Below the pieces are notes generated by a model. The model was not told the DNA's origin. It searched no databases and was given only the letters and a program-made list of their open reading frames with translations. This document shows positions 24,237-36,610 of a stretch of 64,000 nt of DNA, piece by piece. The stretch covers positions 37,822,001-37,886,000 of the forward strand of contig NC_045697.1 in the NCBI RefSeq assembly GCF_009834535.1, read 5' to 3'. How positions within the stretch are numbered: position 1 is the stretch's first letter; each line of letters opens with the position of its first letter. The translations under genes were made by a program, and so were the position numbers. This DNA is from Camelus ferus (lineage: Eukaryota).

Positions 24237-25500
24237 CACATCTTTATCCATTCATCTGTCAATAAGTTGCTTTCATGTCTTGGCTATTGTAAAATAGTGC
24301 TGCTATGCACATTAGGATGCATGTATTTTTTTGAATTTGAGTTTTCATCTTTTCCAGATATATGCCCAGGAGTAGGATTGCTGGATCATATGGTAAGTCT
24401 ATTTTTAGTTTTTTAAGGAACCTCCATGCTGTTCTCCATAGTGGCTGCACCAACTTACATTCCCATCAACAGTGTAAGAGGGTTCCTTTTTCTCCACACC
24501 CTCACCAGCATTTATTAATCGTAGACTTTTAGTTTTGATTTGCATTTTTCTAATAATTAGCAATGCTGAACACCTTTTTGTGTGCCTGTTGGCCATCTGC
24601 ATGTCTTCTTTGGAGAAATGTCTATTTAGGTCTTCTGTCCATTTTTTGATTGGGTTGTTTGTTTTTTTTTTTTTTTGATATTAAGCTGTATGAGCTATTT
24701 GTATATATTGGAAATTAATCCCTTGTCGGTCACATCATTTGAAAATATTTTTCTCCCATTCCGCAGGTTGTCTTTTCATTTTGTTTATGATTTCTTTTGC
24801 TGTGCAAAAGCTTTTAAGTTTAATTAGATCACATTTGTTTATTTTTGCTTTTGTTCCCATTACTTAGGAGACAGATCCAAAAAACTATTGCTGTGATTTT
24901 TGTCAGAGTGTTCTGCCTATGTTTTCTTCTAGGAGTTTCAGAATATCTGATCTTACATTTAGGTCTTTAATCCATTTTGAATTTATTTTTGTATATGGTG
25001 TTAGAGAATGTTCTAATTTCATTCTTTTACAGGTAGCTGTCCAGTTTTCACAGCACCACCTATTGAAGAGACAATCTTTTCTCTATTGTATATTTTTGCC
25101 TCCTTTGTCATAGATTAATTGACCATAGTGTGTTGGCTTATTTCTGGGCTTTCTATGCTGTTCTGTTGATGATCTATGTATCTGTTTTTGTGACATTACC
25201 ATGCTTTTTTGATAACTGCACCTTTGTAGTATACTCTGAAGTCATAGAGCATGATTCCTCCAGCTCTGTTCTTCTTTCTCAAGATTGTTTGGGTTATTTG
25301 GGGTCTTTTGTGTTTCTGTATAAATTTTAAAATTTTTTGTTCTAGTTCTATGAAAAATGATATTGAGAATTTGATAGGAATTGCACTGACTCTGTAGATT
25401 GCCTTGGGTAGTATGGTCATTTTGACAATATTGATTCTTCCAATCCAAGAACACAGTATATCTTTCCAACTGAAAAGTTTCTTTCATCAGCATCTCATAG
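23748..25500 (-). mobile_element. L1 (L1MA9/cetartiodactyl-type) 3' ~1.75 kb, 5'-truncated, with internal (TG)n at 24205-24234
   Basis: ORF2 C-terminal peptides [15 protein letters not shown] and [17 protein letters not shown]; poly-T at left end. Confidence 0.95.
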
Positions 25501-25515
25501 TTTTTAATAGTTTTT

Positions 25516-26240
25516 GTGGTCTAGCCACTTCCTTCAGCCCACCTAATCTGGCACAGCTGTAGTGGGCAGTGTTCTGTGCAAAGCCAGATTCCAATTCAAG
25601 CTCCTACCAAAGCATCCTCAGCTTTTCTGCTCAGGGATTTGCTCTAAACCACGGAAGACTACTGAGCCTGCAGGTCACCGTAGCCCAGAAGAGAAAGAGA
25701 AATAACACCTCCAAAAGCAACCTTCAGCCAATGGGGTATAGAGGTCAGTGGATAAATGCCCCAGCTTCCTGCCCATTGAAGACTTTTAAGAATTTTTTAT
25801 TGAGTTATAGTCAGTTTACAATGTTGTGTCAATTTCTGGTGTACAGCACAATTTTTCAGTCATACATGAATATATATATATATATATATTCATTTTCATA
25901 TTCTTTTTCACCATGAGCTACTTACAAGATCTTCTATATATTTCTCTATGCTATACAGTATAATCTTGTTTATCTATTCTATATATACCTGTCAGTATCT
26001 ACAAATTTCAAACTCCCAGTCTGTCCCTTTGAAGAATTATTTTGAAGTCCTTTCTACAAAATTCTTCAGAACCCCAGCTGCCCATAGCAGCAACCAGCAC
26101 AACAAAATATCTGTATGGTATTTTTTCCATCCCTTTCTCATCCTCCCTACTTCTTCACTTCTTCCTGGGATTATCTCCCCCAAAACTCCCTGTACCCTGG
26201 TTTGTGTCTCACTCTGCCATTTGGAGATATTCAACCAAGG
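25516..26240 (+). mobile_element. ERVL LTR16-like solo LTR, split by an L1 insertion
   Basis: CAGCCAATGGG...TGGATAAATGCCCCAGCTTCC...CCCCAGCTGCCCATAGC...TTCCTGGGATTATCTCCC. Confidence 0.7.
25793..26029 (-). mobile_element. Young (camelid-type) L1 3' end fragment
   Basis: TTATTGAGTTATAGTCAGTTTACAATGTTGTGTCAATTTCTGGTGTACAGC; close inverse match to 34230-34452. Confidence 0.9.
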
Positions 26241-26439
26241 TCTTACATCAGCTAGAGAAATGATGACTTTTTTGTTCCTGTTAATATGACACCACTTTAT
26301 TTTCAAACTGACATGGTCTGAGAGATACAAAAACTTCTTAAATGTTACCTCAGATAATGGGTTATTTTGTAACCCTTATTCCACTGCCAAAAGAATTCAC
26401 TGTTATTCCTTCTGTGAGCTTCAGCATCTTATATATGCT

Positions 26440-26620
26440 TTTATTACTCATTTTCAATACTGCAACACAATTACTTGTTAAACATCTGTCTCCTTCTAGA
26501 TCTAGAAACACTACATCTATATCTAGAAAAACTATGTCTGATTCAATTTTGTATCTCTAGTGCCTCAGCCAGCACCTGGTATATAGTACGATTCAAAAAG
26601 TAATAGTGAATTAATAAATT
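26440..26620 (+). mobile_element. L2 3' end
   Basis: TGTATCTCTAGTGCCTCAGCCAGCACCTGGTATATAGTA...GTGAATTAATAAAT. Confidence 0.65.
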
Positions 26621-26636
26621 CCAAAAGATAAGTGAG

Positions 26637-28575
26637 AAGGCTTCCACTTCAAGATAATAGGCTAAGAAAAGAGTTATTTCCTCTCCTTTCTGGATTCTAT
26701 TAAAATTATAGGAAAAAAGTATTAAACTCACAACAACCAAATCCCACTGCAAAGGCCATGAGCACCCAGGAGATCTCAGCAAAAGACTAGAAAATGAAAA
26801 TACATGGAAGATACATGAACGTCTGGTGACTGATGAAGGAGAGAAAAGAAGCCACAGTTTGGAATTTATGCTACAGTTGGGGCAGAAGCAATCTATCTGG
26901 CAGAATTCCAAGGAAATTCTGGATTTAAAGATGGCAGGTATCAGGAAGATGGAAGTGAGAAGTGCCACTGAAAATGGCGTGTGACTAGAGATGAACACAG
27001 AGGACAATTCACACATCCCCACTCTTTTTCCTGCCACTTCATAAAGGAGGACCAATAGCTAAACCCAGGCAAATATCAGAATGTTCTTCTTCGAGGAAAC
27101 TGAGCGAGTTATTCAGGGAGGATTAAGTTGACTAGTGCAAGTATTAGTGCTCCAAAATAAAAGCTTCCCAAAGCTGGCATCTACTCTCCACCCCTGTACT
27201 GGCTAGCTCTCTAGGGACCTGCTAGAGCAAAGCATGACAGTCAAGAAGCCGTACTAGTAGAGAAGGAGCCTTTCTGTCTACATAGCTGATGAAAGTCTGC
27301 ACCATGACAGAGAAATATTAAGACAGACAGAGAGTGAAAAAGAGAGGGAAGGAGAGAAAGAGAGGGAGGGAAGAAAGGAGGGAGGAGGGGGTAGGGTAAG
27401 AGAAGGGGAGAAAACTCAGCTAATAGATGAGATCATCTTTTAAATGTTGACATCTTTTTCAGATTTTAGAAGGGACTGTATCATTATAACAAGAATAAGA
27501 TGCTATTTTAAAAAGCATAACTAGAGAATTAGTAGAAGCCAGGGTTTAAAATATAATTGCCAATATTGAAAGTTCAATAGAAGAGTTGGTAGGTAAAGTT
27601 AAAGAAAACTCTCAGAAGGTAGAGAAATACAGACACATACAATATACATGAAATATGAATACATATGAAAGAAAATATGAGATGGAGATCAAACCAGAAT
27701 ATTCACTATCCAACTAATACAAGTTCCAGAAAAAGAAAACAAAGAATACAAAAGGATATAATTATTAAAGAAACTATAGAAGAAAACCTTCCATAAGTCA
27801 AAAAATATGCAAGTCTTCAGACTGAAAGAGGTACCACATTTTAGGAAGAATAAATAAAAACAGACTGATGATTAGACACATCCATGTAAAATTTTTAAAC
27901 ACAAAAATACATATATATAAAGATATTTTTATATAAATATATAAAGATATATTTTTATACAATAAGTTTCAGAGAGAAAAAGCAGGTCACCTATAAAGGA
28001 ATGAAAATAAAACTAGCATCAGATTTCTCAGCAGCAACACTGGATGCCAGAAAACACTAGAGCAAAGCCTGCCAATTTCTCAGGGAAGATGATTTTCAAC
28101 CTAGAATTTTATACCCCATCAAATAATCGATTAGGAAAGAAGAATAAAAGCCATGTTCAGTCATGCAATAATACATCAAAGAAAAGAGCAACTTAATTTA
28201 CTTGAGGATACACTCCCATAAAAGAAGAGAATAAAAGAAATGAAGGTTTTATTTTGTTTTTGAAGTTGAATATAGATATCTAAGTATACTGAGAGGAGAA
28301 GAGGCATGCATGAGGTAGGTGGTGTACGTGAGCTAAATTATTATCAATAGAAAATGTTAAATTGGGTAAGTCAAGAACTATTTCTATAAGCACCTCTTCT
28401 AGGTTTATGAACAGACTGTCCCAAAGGACCCAAAACATAAACTGTTGAAAGTGATTGCTTCTCAAGAGTTGAGTATGGAGTGGAGAGAAGTAGAGCCAGG
28501 AACTGACTTTTTATTATAAGCCCCTCATTCTGTTTTAATTTTTTAGCATGTGCACTGATCGTTTTGATGAAATGA
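26637..28575 (+). mobile_element. Near-complete HAL1 (ORF1-only L1 derivative), degenerate
   Basis: ORF1p-like FREKKQVTYKGMKIKLASDFSAATLDAR...FQPRILYP at ~27967-28120, then directly a HAL1-like 3' end (TTTTTAGCATGTGCACTGATCGTTTTGATGAAAT) with no ORF2. Confidence 0.7.
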
Positions 28576-28689
28576 TTTTTCTTTTTACAAGATTTAACAG
28601 TACCTCAACTTATGAACATTATTTGTCAACACACTGACAAATGGTTGAAGTACAAGTTAATAAGTCATTCCAATAATTATGTTGTCCTT

Positions 28690-29035
28690 GTTTCTGCATC
28701 TCTAAAATGGGGATAATAATGCCTGCTTCGTGAGGATGCTGTTAGGTAATGCCTGGACTGCAATTGGCATGATGCCTGGCACATAGTCAGCTCTTCAGGA
28801 AGCATAGCTATCGTGACTAGAAGACAGAGGACAGCTGACTAGAAGACAGCTGTTGAGACCGACCCTCCCTCTGTCACTGACCACAAGCTGTGCAGGCTTC
28901 GAGAAGTCTTACTTTCCTCATCTGTAACTTGAGAATAGGAATGCCCTGCCTTGAAATAAGTTAAAGAATAGAAAATGCTTATCACAGTACCTGTACTAAA
29001 TAGATACTTAATAAATGGTGGATATTATCCTTATT
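28690..29035 (+). mobile_element. Two MIR fragments
   Basis: CATCTCTAAAATGGGATAATAAT...TGCCTGGCACATAGT; TTTCCTCATCTGTAA...ACTTAATAAATGG. Confidence 0.75.
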
Positions 29036-29599
29036 AAATCTTTACTGGGATTGTTTTATTTTGATAATTTCTTCCATGACAGGGTATATCCAGACTCATT
29101 CAGATCCACCGGAAAGTGCCTCCTCTCTTAATTCCCTTATGCTCTACATACTGTATCTGCTTCATAGAATAATCACCAAACTTAATATTCTGTTTATCAG
29201 CGTTTCCCGCCCCAGACTACAATGAACCAAAAAGAAAACCAAGTAAATTATCTTCTGCGTACCCCTTGGGCCTCCAGGGTGAGGAGGAAGAGGCAGAAAG
29301 AGGAAAAAAAGAGTCTATGCCACACCTTCTGTTATCAAGGATGGGAACGGGGGACTGTAACAGATAAAAAAGTGATTAAAAACATGCATTACTGTCGAGT
29401 AGGAAACACTGCTCTAGTACATGTGTATTTCATAAATACTGCCATAGAATAAATTATTTTAAAAGTCCACGATAGCATACAACAACAATTAGTGGACATT
29501 TTTCCTTAGCTTTTGAGCAGCACTTTTCCTCGGTGCTCAGGATGAGGGGATTTATCCTCTGTCAGAGAGGCACACTAGGTTGCTAACCAGAGGCAGGAG

Positions 29600-29810
29600 G
29601 AAGAAGGCACAGACATTTCATGTGTGCTCTGTGCCAGACACTCACAGTCACCATATTTAATGCTCACAAATAACCCTTGATGGCGTGTGTTTGACCAGTG
29701 AGGTAAATGAGGCTCAGAGACATCAAATAACTTGTCCAAGTTCATGCAGCTGGTAAGGGTTAGAACAGAGATTTGAACCCATGACTCCAGAGTCCATATT
29801 CTTTTCACCA
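29600..29810 (-). mobile_element. MIR SINE
   Basis: ATGAGGCTCAGAGA...AACTTGTCCAAG...GATTTGAACCCATGACTCCAGAG. Confidence 0.8.
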
Positions 29811-30409
29811 GACTTCCCAGGATGTTAACCAGAACTCCACCACTTCCCAGGGTGCCCTGGTCAGGGAATCTGGAGACAAGGGTTTAATTCCTGGCTCAAC
29901 CACCAAGTAATTTAGGCCAATTTACCCTTTTAAGGGTTTTTCTGACTCCATTCAAAATATAACTGTACTTTGCATAGCATCGTAAGAACACAGAAAGAAT
30001 GAACTCATGTTTATAAAGGACTATGTAAAGCCTAAATATACTCTTATTTTTAAAATATTCTTATATACAGATAAAAATTATACTCTCAAAAAGACATTCT
30101 AGGACCCCAAACTATGATTAGATTTCAATGTCTCCATTTCTTAACTAACCAGACACCAAATAATGTCATTCCAAACAGCATAGATAATATTTTCTTGCAG
30201 CCTAAAAAATAAATGTCAATACTTGTGGTAGCTTCTGAGAATTTAAAAGTGCTAGCCCCAGAATAAATACATATTGTGGGGAGAGGTAATGTAACCCAGG
30301 CCAATAAATATTCATCAAAAATACTCACATAGAAAATATGTGGGAATCTATGTGAGTTGATTCAAAAGAAAGGAACTAACTTGATGCTAAGATTGAGCTG
30401 TGATGGGGC

Positions 30410-30535
30410 TCTCCTGACAGCCCGTGACGACAGTGTTCAACACCGCCCACAAAGTCAGGGCCAGGCAGAAACACACATGTCCCTAGTGAGATGGCAACAC
30501 ACTCTACGTGTCTGAAACAGCTTTCTTTTTACTAT
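30410..30535 (+). repeat. Copy A of an old ~130-bp direct duplication
   Basis: Shares AAAGTCAGGGCCAGGCAGAAA (30451-30471) exactly with 31728-31748; flanks align. Confidence 0.8.
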
Positions 30536-30830
30536 CATGATAAATTAGAGACTGGATGCATTAATAGTACAACTGCAGTCATTTCATTCTATATTCCCAG
30601 AAATATTAAATATACCTGGAAACTATAATTAATGCATATATTCCTTATCTAAATGAAGCAGAGTCAAACCATTACTGAATGTCTTGTTCTAAAGATCGGT
30701 AAGTATTAATAATTCAAGCCAAGAACTTTCCAAATTCACCAAGTGCTGAGTTGCACTTCCTCCTGCTTCAGCAAGGCTACCTGAAGTGCATGCGAAGTAC
30801 TTGCCACAGCCCTTATTTTCTGAGCCCTAG

Positions 30831-31344
30831 TGGGATAGTTAGATTTATATGTCAACTTGTCTAGGCCATAGTAGCCAGATATTTGGTCAAATATTATTCT
30901 AGATGTCTCTGTGAAGGCATTTCTTAGATGAGATTAACATTTAAATCAGTAGATTTGAGTAAAGTAGATTACTGTCTGGAATGTGGGTGGGCCTTGTCTA
31001 ATCAGTCGAAGGCCTTAGGAGCAAAAGACAGCCCTTCTCAGAAGAGGGAATCTGCCAGAAGACTTAAACATGCCAGTCCCAGACTTGAGTTTGGACTCAG
31101 ACTGCAACTCTTCCCTGGGTTTCCAGTCTGCCAGCCTACCCTGCAGATTTTGGACTTGTCAAGCCTCCACCGTCATGTGAGCCAACTCTTTAAAATAAAT
31201 CTTGATAGATGATAGATGGGTAGATGGATAGATGGATGGATGGATAGATAGATAATAGGTAGGTAGCTAGGTAGGTAAGTAGGTAGACAGACAGACAGAC
31301 AGACATCCTTTTGGTTCCATTTCTCTAAGAACCCTGACTAATGC
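30831..31344 (+). mobile_element. ERVL MLT2B-like solo LTR with compound GATA/GATG/GGTA/GACA microsatellite (31204-31304)
   Basis: ATGTCAACTTGTCTAGGCC...GATGAGATTAACATTTAAATCAGTAGA...GAACCCTGACTAATGCA. Confidence 0.9.
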
Positions 31345-31479
31345 ATCATTTAGAATCACAGAACAGATAATGTGAGCAAATGGACCTGAAGAGCATTTGC
31401 AAAGTGGTGGGTGGGCTGCCTTCCAACACCTGAAAGATTTGGATGCAAGTATCTCAAAGGAAACAGGTCCCAAACCAAG

Positions 31480-31685
31480 AGGCAAGGGTTCAAATTGTGG
31501 TTGTGCCATTTGTTAGCTGTGTGACTTCAGGATGTTACCTGACCTCCCTGTGTCTCAGTGTCCTCATATGTCAAAGAATAAATGTACTTACTGTGTAAGC
31601 CCATCATAAGGATAAAATAAGTTAGCACACACAAAGCAATTAGAAGCATGCCTGGCACAGAAGAAGGGCTCGTTAGATGTCATCA
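31480..31685 (+). mobile_element. MIR SINE
   Basis: TAGCTGTGTGACTT...TGTGTCTCAGTGTCCTCAT...TGCCTGGCACAG. Confidence 0.8.
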
Positions 31686-31687
31686 TC

Positions 31688-31815
31688 CTCTCTCAGCCAC
31701 CACTGTGCAATGCTCATTACTGCCCAAAAAGTCAGGGCCAGGCAGAAAACTCATGCGCTCCCGGTAGGCTGGAAATGCATTCCGCAGGTTGAAACGGCCT
31801 TCCTGTTACCTTCCC
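31688..31815 (+). repeat. Copy B of the ~130-bp direct duplication
   Basis: See copy A; core offset is 1277 bp. Confidence 0.8.
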
Positions 31816-33511
31816 TTGTACTCCTGTCCGAGCAGGAGCATCCCAACCACAGAGACACAATCCGTAACTCCTCATACTATCTTCCCCCTCTCCCTTTCTC
31901 TCACCAAACTCCGCGCACCCTCAGAACTCCCTGAGTCTATGTCCCAGGGCCTTTTCTATCTTGCTTGACTTACTCGTTCATTCTGTAATCATGTACTGAC
32001 CACTACTTCAGGCCTCACACCGGTTTGGAAGTGCTGTGAATGCAAAGATAAGTAAACAAAGGTGAGTACTTCACAGTGGAGGGGACTTCGCATTCCCACT
32101 GCCGCCGCCTCTGGGCATCTTAGCCTGCCCCCTCAGATCATTGATGGAGCTTCCTAAGCAGTTTTTCAGCCTCTCTCCCTTCAAGCCATCCTTTATTGTG
32201 ACGCTTCCCAAAACACAGGTCCGGTTGCTTCCCTTGGCCTCGAGAATAAAGTTCACAACTGTTCCCAAACAATCTTTCTTTCATCATCTCCCAATATTAT
32301 TCTCCGCAGTGGGCTTTCTGACCACTTCCCCAGAACACTGCACTCCTAGGTGCTCTGTGACCTGCTCCTGCAGCTGGCCCCTCACTCCCATCACCTGCCC
32401 AGTGCCCTCCTTTGACCTTCCCAGTGAGAAGCCCCTGCATGTGACATTCCAGCTGTCATTTATGTAGCTGAGGCCTGGCTTGAGCCCAGGCCATCTTCAC
32501 TCCAGGATAAAGACAGGGCCTGGGCCAGTCTGGAGGGCTCCTGGGCTGGGTCTGCCAAGGTTCTAGTGCATGAGGGTCTGGGGAGCCTCCTGGGAAATGA
32601 ACTCATCCCGGTGGGAGAGAGGCCAAGCCACACAAACCTGTTCCAAGGACAGCCAGCCAGTGTCCGAGGAAGGGCTCATTTTGAGTACAGCAGGGTGTCT
32701 GCCACTCAGCTTGCCCTTGGCCAAGTTCACAGGGCTGCATGCCTGAGTCATGCAGTCATCCATCTGCACGTAACAAACACTGAGTAAGTGCCTCCCCTGA
32801 GTCAGCCTCTGGACTGGGCACGGGGAATATGCGAGTGCAAGACAGAACCATTCCCAACCTGAGGGGCGTAACTTGAAGTTTAGTGGGAGTTCTAAAGAAA
32901 AGCGAGCTACAATGTAAGAAGTGGATGGTTTTTGTTTGTTTTCTTTGGGGTTTTTTTTTTTTTACAGTTTTCTTTTATAATTTAAATTTCTACATTTGTC
33001 ATTTAAATCCCTGTATGACTGGGAGAACAGAAGGCAACTCTGCTGTATGGTCTATATGTGAGAGTGTAACAAGATTAGGGATAAAGGATGCTTTTCCCTC
33101 TTGATGTGAAACATGGGGAAGGCTTAGGCCATAAATGGCTCAGTCATGTGAGCCTCCACCTGGACCAGCCAGAGAAGAAACGGGAGATGGCAGCATCAGC
33201 CGCAGCGTCCCAGCCTGTGGGGTGACCGGCAGCTCACCTCACAGCAGGAGCAGGGGAATGGCAACCCCACAGGGGCCAGTAAGCCAGCACTGGGAAGGGA
33301 GGTGCCTGGAAGTCCTGCAATTCTGTGTGTGTTAGGGCTCTATTTCTGCCTCAAGACAATGTCTTAGGGAAATCAGCATTTTTTTTTCCTACTTCTCATC
33401 CACCAATTTGTCATTTCTGTAAGGGCAGGCCCTGTGTCTTACTGTTTGAAGACTCAAACTAGCCAAATGAAGGTATGGAACAGAGTTTTGTTGAAATAAA
33501 ATGAATATGAA

Positions 33512-34950
33512 GAATGTTCATAGCAGCACTATTTACAATAGCCAAGACACGGAAGTAACACAAGTGCCCATCAAGAGATGATTGGATTAAGAAGATGTGT
33601 TGTCTAATTATCAGAGAAATGCAAATCAAAACTACAATGAGGTATCACCTCACACCAGTCAGAATGGCCATCATTCAAAAAAGTCCACAAATGACAAATG
33701 CTGGAGAGGCTGTGGAGAAAAGGGAACCCTTCTACACTGCTAGTGGGAATGCAGTTTGGTGCAGCCACTGTGGAAAACAGTATGGAGATTCCTCAAAAGA
33801 CTAGGAATACACTTAACATATGACCCAGTAATCCCACTCTAGGGCATATATCCAGAAGGAACCCTAATTCAAAAAGATACCTGCACTCCAATGTTCATAG
33901 CAGCACTATTTACAATAACCAAGACATGGAAACAGCCTAAATGTCCATCAACAGATGACTGGATAAAGATGATGTGATATATTTATACAATGGAATACTA
34001 TTCAGCCATAAAAAATGACAACATAACACCATTTGCAGCAACATGGATGTCCCTGGAGAATGTCATTCTAAGTGAAGTAAGCCAGAAAGAGAAAGAAAAA
34101 TACCATATGAGATTGCTTATATGTGGAATCTAAAAAAAAAAAAAAAAAAAAAGAACATAAATACAAAACAGAAACAGACTCATAGACATAGAATACAAAC
34201 TTGTGGTTGCCATGGGGGAGGCAGGTGGGAAGGGACAGACTGGGAGTTCGAAATTTGTAGATACTGACAGGTATATATAGAATAGATAAACAATATTATA
34301 CTGTATAGCACAGGGAAATACATACAAGATCTTGTGGTAGCTCACAGTGAAAAAGAATGTGACATTGAATATATGTTTGTTCATGTATAACTGAAAAATT
34401 GTGCTCTACACTGGAAATTGACACAACATTGTAAACTGACTATAACTTAATAAAATAAAATTTTTTAAAAAAGATGTGCTGTATACATTCAATGGAATAC
34501 TACTCAGCCACAAAAAAGAATGAAGTAATGCCATTTGCAGCAGCATGGATAGACTTAGAGAATATTAGGTTTAGTAACATGAATCAGACAGAAAAAGACA
34601 AATACTATATGATATCTCTTATATATAGAATCTAAAAAATAATACAAATAGATGTGTATGTAAAACAGAAACAGAATCATGGAAATAGAGACATGGAAAA
34701 CAAACTTGTGGTTACCCAAAGGAAGAGGGAAGGGAGGAGGAACAAATTAGGGGTATGGGATTAACAGACACAAATTATTACATATAAAATAGATAAGCAA
34801 CAAGGATATACTGTGTAGCACAGGGAATTGAACCTAGGATCTTATAATAACCTCTACTGGAATATAATCTGCAAAAATACTGAGTCACTATGCTGTACAC
34901 CTGAAACTAACACAATATTGTAAATCAACTATACTTCAGTTTAAAATAAA
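33512..34950 (+). mobile_element. Older L1 3' end (host parts ~33512-33599 and ~34471-34950)
   Basis: Host sequence GATTAAGAAGATGTG resumes at 34471; outer TSD-like AAATAAAATGAATATGAAGAA (33494-33514) vs AAATAAAGTGAGCATGAAGAA (34949-34969). Confidence 0.9.
33600..34470 (+). mobile_element. Younger camelid-type L1 3' end nested in the older L1
   Basis: REMQIKTTMRYHLTPVRMA; tail AAATTGACACAACATTGTAAACTGACTATAACT; TSD AAGATGTG at 33592-33599 and 34471-34478. Confidence 0.93.
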
Positions 34951-35734
34951 ATAAAGTGAGCATGAAGAACTTTTATTTAAGTAAAACAGCCAGAGTATAG
35001 AAATGTGTAGAGAAAGAAGTATAAAGAATACTCACAGCTAGGTGGGCTTTTGCATCCATTATATTCTAAGGCAAACTCTGCACTCTTTCTTCATTCCACC
35101 CTGGAGGCTCAAGTCGGAATTAAGGCAGAGTAAATTTGTTGTTGATCATTTTATATTAGTCCTTTGTTGTTACTATAAGAATAGTACATTCTCACAATGA
35201 AAAAATTAAAAGCCTGCTGAAAGATGGAAAGGGAACAGTAGAAGTGGATACCACACAAACCCAGGGTGGAATGTTCAGTGATGGAATTGAACAGAACTCT
35301 TTATCATTCGGAAGCCCAGCCATTTCTCCTCCTACTTCTCTACACCTCAGATATAATAATCCCCCCCCCCATTACGTGGGACAGAGATGGAAACAGGAAC
35401 AAAGTGAGTGACCCAGTGACTTTTCCCAGTCTCACACATCAGATGGCTTCAAAAATCCAGACCAGTCTGAGTCGGCCTGATTTCCAGATAAAAGCCTTGG
35501 TCCTTCTGAAATCACTCATCACAGATTCCAGACATAACCTGCTGGAATTTGTCAGCAAAAGTGAAGGCTGCAGCAATAGCCAAGCCAGTCAACAGGGACG
35601 CCAATTTCATTTTCATTCATTGTTTTCTGGTGAAAGAACCAAAGAAAAACTTAACTTACTAAGATAGAGTACAGCCATTTTTATTCATTCTCTGCTTATA
35701 TAATGATAGAAAAAAAGGATGCTTTTGTGAAATA

Positions 35735-35930
35735 GGACGAGGAGACAGAACTACTAGACCTGCTTCGCTGCTTAGTAGCTGGGTGACCTACAGCAAATCA
35801 TTTCACTTTCTGAGCTGCTGTTTTCTCTTTGGCAAAAGAACATAAAGTCCTACCCTGCCTAGCTTATGAAGCTGTTGTAAAGATAGCTGAGTCCCTGTTT
35901 TTGAAAACTCTGAAGAGTGATAGAAATGGA
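35735..35930 (+). mobile_element. MIR SINE
   Basis: TAGTAGCTGGGTGACCTACAGCAAATCATTTCACTTTCTGAGC. Confidence 0.65.
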
Positions 35931-36349
35931 AGGTATAAAGCTTACATCACTCTGCAATACTATACCAAAGGGTCACAGACCTTTTCACCCTGTATTTTCC
36001 CCTAAAGGCTCCCCACTATGCTCCATCCTAAACTTCACCCCCAACTGCTTCCTACTGTGACAGCATCCTCCCTCCAGCAAGATTCTCTTATTACTGGAAA
36101 AAGTGCCTAATACCCAAAGATCACTCAGCACAAGGTCAAGAGATGACTGTCGGCAAAAAGGCAGACCAAAGAAATGGAGATCGTGTGAAAGGGAAACATT
36201 TTGCTCTCAAGGCTCTGCCTATAAGGTCCACATGAAGGTGAGTATGACATAAAGAACTCTGCTGCTCGAGCTGGGGTCAGGGAGGGTGCAGGCTATCTGC
36301 CAGTGTAACACAGAGTACAGAGAGGATGCTGTCCCGAGAAAAGTCCAAG

Positions 36350-36540
36350 TGGGTGTAATGCAATGCCCTAGAGCCAGACTACAAGGGTCATTTTAATGCT
36401 ATGTGACCTTGAGCAAATCAGAGTCTTTCCATGCCTTACCAGAAGGTTACAATAATGGCACCTAGTGCACAAGGCTGTTGTGAGGATTCAGTGAATGAAC
36501 ACGATGTGATACTTGGCACTGCAGCTGAGCAAGTGACATG
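36350..36540 (+). mobile_element. MIR SINE
   Basis: GCTATGTGACCTTGAGCAAATCA...GGCTGTTGTGAGGATTCAGTGA. Confidence 0.7.
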
Positions 36541-36556
36541 TGGTAATGGTGGTGAT

Positions 36557-36610
36557 GGTGGTGGTGGTGGTGGTGGTGGTGGTGGTGGTGGTGGTGGTGG
36601 TGGTGGTGGT
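36557..36610 (+). repeat. Pure (GGT)18 trinucleotide repeat with degenerate flanks (36541-36630)
   Basis: Read directly. Confidence 0.97.

Noticed and set aside
24207..25493. Protein-like ORFs (also 33595-33804, 47908-48240, 57745-58221)
   Set aside because: They are fragments of L1 ORF2 or its antisense, broken by stops and frameshifts, not host genes
26543..27055. Longest ORF in the window (170 aa)
   Set aside because: It is antisense to the A-rich HAL1 5' region and an L2 tail, has no ATG at its start, and shows low-complexity F/L/S bias with no recognisable domain
30410..31815. Duplicated segment read as mutually exclusive coding exons (FLPGPDF in both copies)
   Set aside because: Frameshifting 1-nt indels separate the copies and they share no splice sites; the apparent synonymous changes are explained by transition bias
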